From the human T2T-CHM13v2.0 reference genome, Homo sapiens, in assembly GCF_009914755.1 (NCBI RefSeq), contig NC_060936.1: a DNA stretch of 64,000 nt; one strand, 5' to 3'. Below, in pieces: positions 62,881 to 64,000 of this stretch. Positions within the stretch are counted from its first letter, which is position 1; the number at the start of each line of letters is the position of its first letter. The notes beneath the pieces are model-generated. The model did no database searches, was not told the DNA's origin, and was given only the letters and a program-made list of their open reading frames with translations. The position numbers and the translations under genes were made by a program.

Positions 62881-62974
62881 CACTTCCGCCTCCCGGCCGC
62901 CGTCGCTGACCTGCGGTTTACGCATGCGCGCAGGACCGCGCACAGCGATTGGGCGGCGTGGCAGGGGTCACCCA

Positions 62975-63160
62975 CTGCTCTTCCGGACGCAATTTTGAGG
63001 AGGTCGGAGCGGAAGGACGTCGTGGAGATTGCTTGCGCTGGGGTGCCACACTTAGGCTGAGCTGCAGGTTTTCGCACAGTCGCGAGTTAACCTCTGCTTG
63101 CTCCAGAGGCCTCGTCCTAATCCACCTCGGCTGACGGCGCGGGATCCCTGGCTCCGCGAG
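62975..63160 (+). other. ACAD10: Probable non-coding first exon of ACAD10 (coding exons lie beyond the window)
   Basis: Assigned from the recalled head-to-head BRAP/ACAD10 arrangement; candidate donor GAG|GTCTCC at 63160 is weak; boundaries uncertain. Confidence 0.6.
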
Positions 63161-63416
63161 GTCTCCGAATTGTCCGAGCTATCTGCTATGCAGAACTTTG
63201 CCCCTTTTGTTGTGTTTGACTCCTGTCTCTAACCCTAGTCTGGATGGTTTTGTTTCTGTCCCACTTTACAGATAGGTACAACGAGGCTCAGAGAGGTGAA
63301 GTTCCTTCTAAGGGGCCGTAGAGAGTGGAGAGTCGATCGCTGTTCAGATAGCGATCTGGCTGGGCGCGGTGGCTCACGCCTGTAATCCCAGCCCAGAGGC
63401 TTAGGCGGGCGAATCA

Positions 63417-63635
<219 letters not shown>

Positions 63636-64000
63636 TCAAAAAAAAGAGAGAAAAGATGGTGATCTGCTGGTTACGAGCATAGTGCTGCAGTTAGACCGGG
63701 GTCCTCCTCCCCACCCTGTCACTTCACAAATGTTTACTGAGAGTCTAGACACCCTTGGGATGCTTGAGATACGTTGGCGTATAAGATAAACACAGTTCCT
63801 GTCCGTACTATGAGGTTGACCTACATCAGCAGTTGTGCAGTCTTGAACTAGTATAGTCATTGCATAAAGTTGGCATGATATCATGTCCTCATGCAGTTGT
63901 GAGGATGAAATGGAATTATGTATATGGAGATAACATTAGCTTTTCTGAGGCTCAGCATTCTTTCCAGTATGTCAGAGTGGCTTTTGTATGTAGATACTGA

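Larger units (their letters stand above)
62370..63180. promoter_or_regulatory. CpG island / bidirectional promoter (BRAP minus strand, ACAD10 plus strand)
   Basis: Dense CpG. ETS/GABPA CACTTCCG at 62881 and further CTTCCGG/CGGAAG sites at ~62980-63015; NRF1-like TACGCATGCGCGCA at 62919-62932; inverted CCAAT (ATTGG 62948-62952) overlapping GC box GGGCGG 62951-62956; no TATA box. Confidence 0.9.

Noticed and set aside
62345-63134. Several overlapping ORFs across the CpG island
   Set aside because: Stop codons are scarce in GC-rich DNA; only the frame containing the BRAP ATG is supported.

Overview
Human (primate) genomic DNA, extremely Alu-dense (roughly half the window by eye). It contains the complete BRAP gene (BRCA1-associated protein/BRAP2/IMP, RING-H2 E3 ligase) on the minus strand. 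I traced 12 coding exons by hand, all with GT-AG boundaries; they sum to 1779 nt = 592 aa + stop, followed by a ~2 kb Alu-free 3' UTR. At the right end is a CpG-island bidirectional promoter, which from recalled locus organisation (12q24.12, ATXN2-BRAP-ACAD10) drives ACAD10 on the plus strand. BRAP intron 5 holds a full-length PCNP processed pseudogene in the same orientation as BRAP, later hit by four Alus. The first ~19 kb is intergenic (Alu, MaLR LTR, MIR, L1/L2 remnants) with one CpG-retaining, motif-rich unique island at ~12.6-13.96 kb. I found no convincing new multi-gene system. The best leads are: a U12(minor)-like or hybrid signature in BRAP intron 2; a weak-Kozak BRAP AUG with an open upstream in-frame GUG; possible intronic polyadenylation supplied by the sense-oriented PCNP retrocopy; a recent 314-bp Alu-Alu tandem duplication inside a nested Alu stack; a perfect 18-bp-arm palindrome; and an Alu whose A-tail is replaced by a G-quadruplex motif. 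Nearly all other ORFs in the supplied track are Alu artefacts. Repeat subfamily names and repeat boundaries are estimates by eye.
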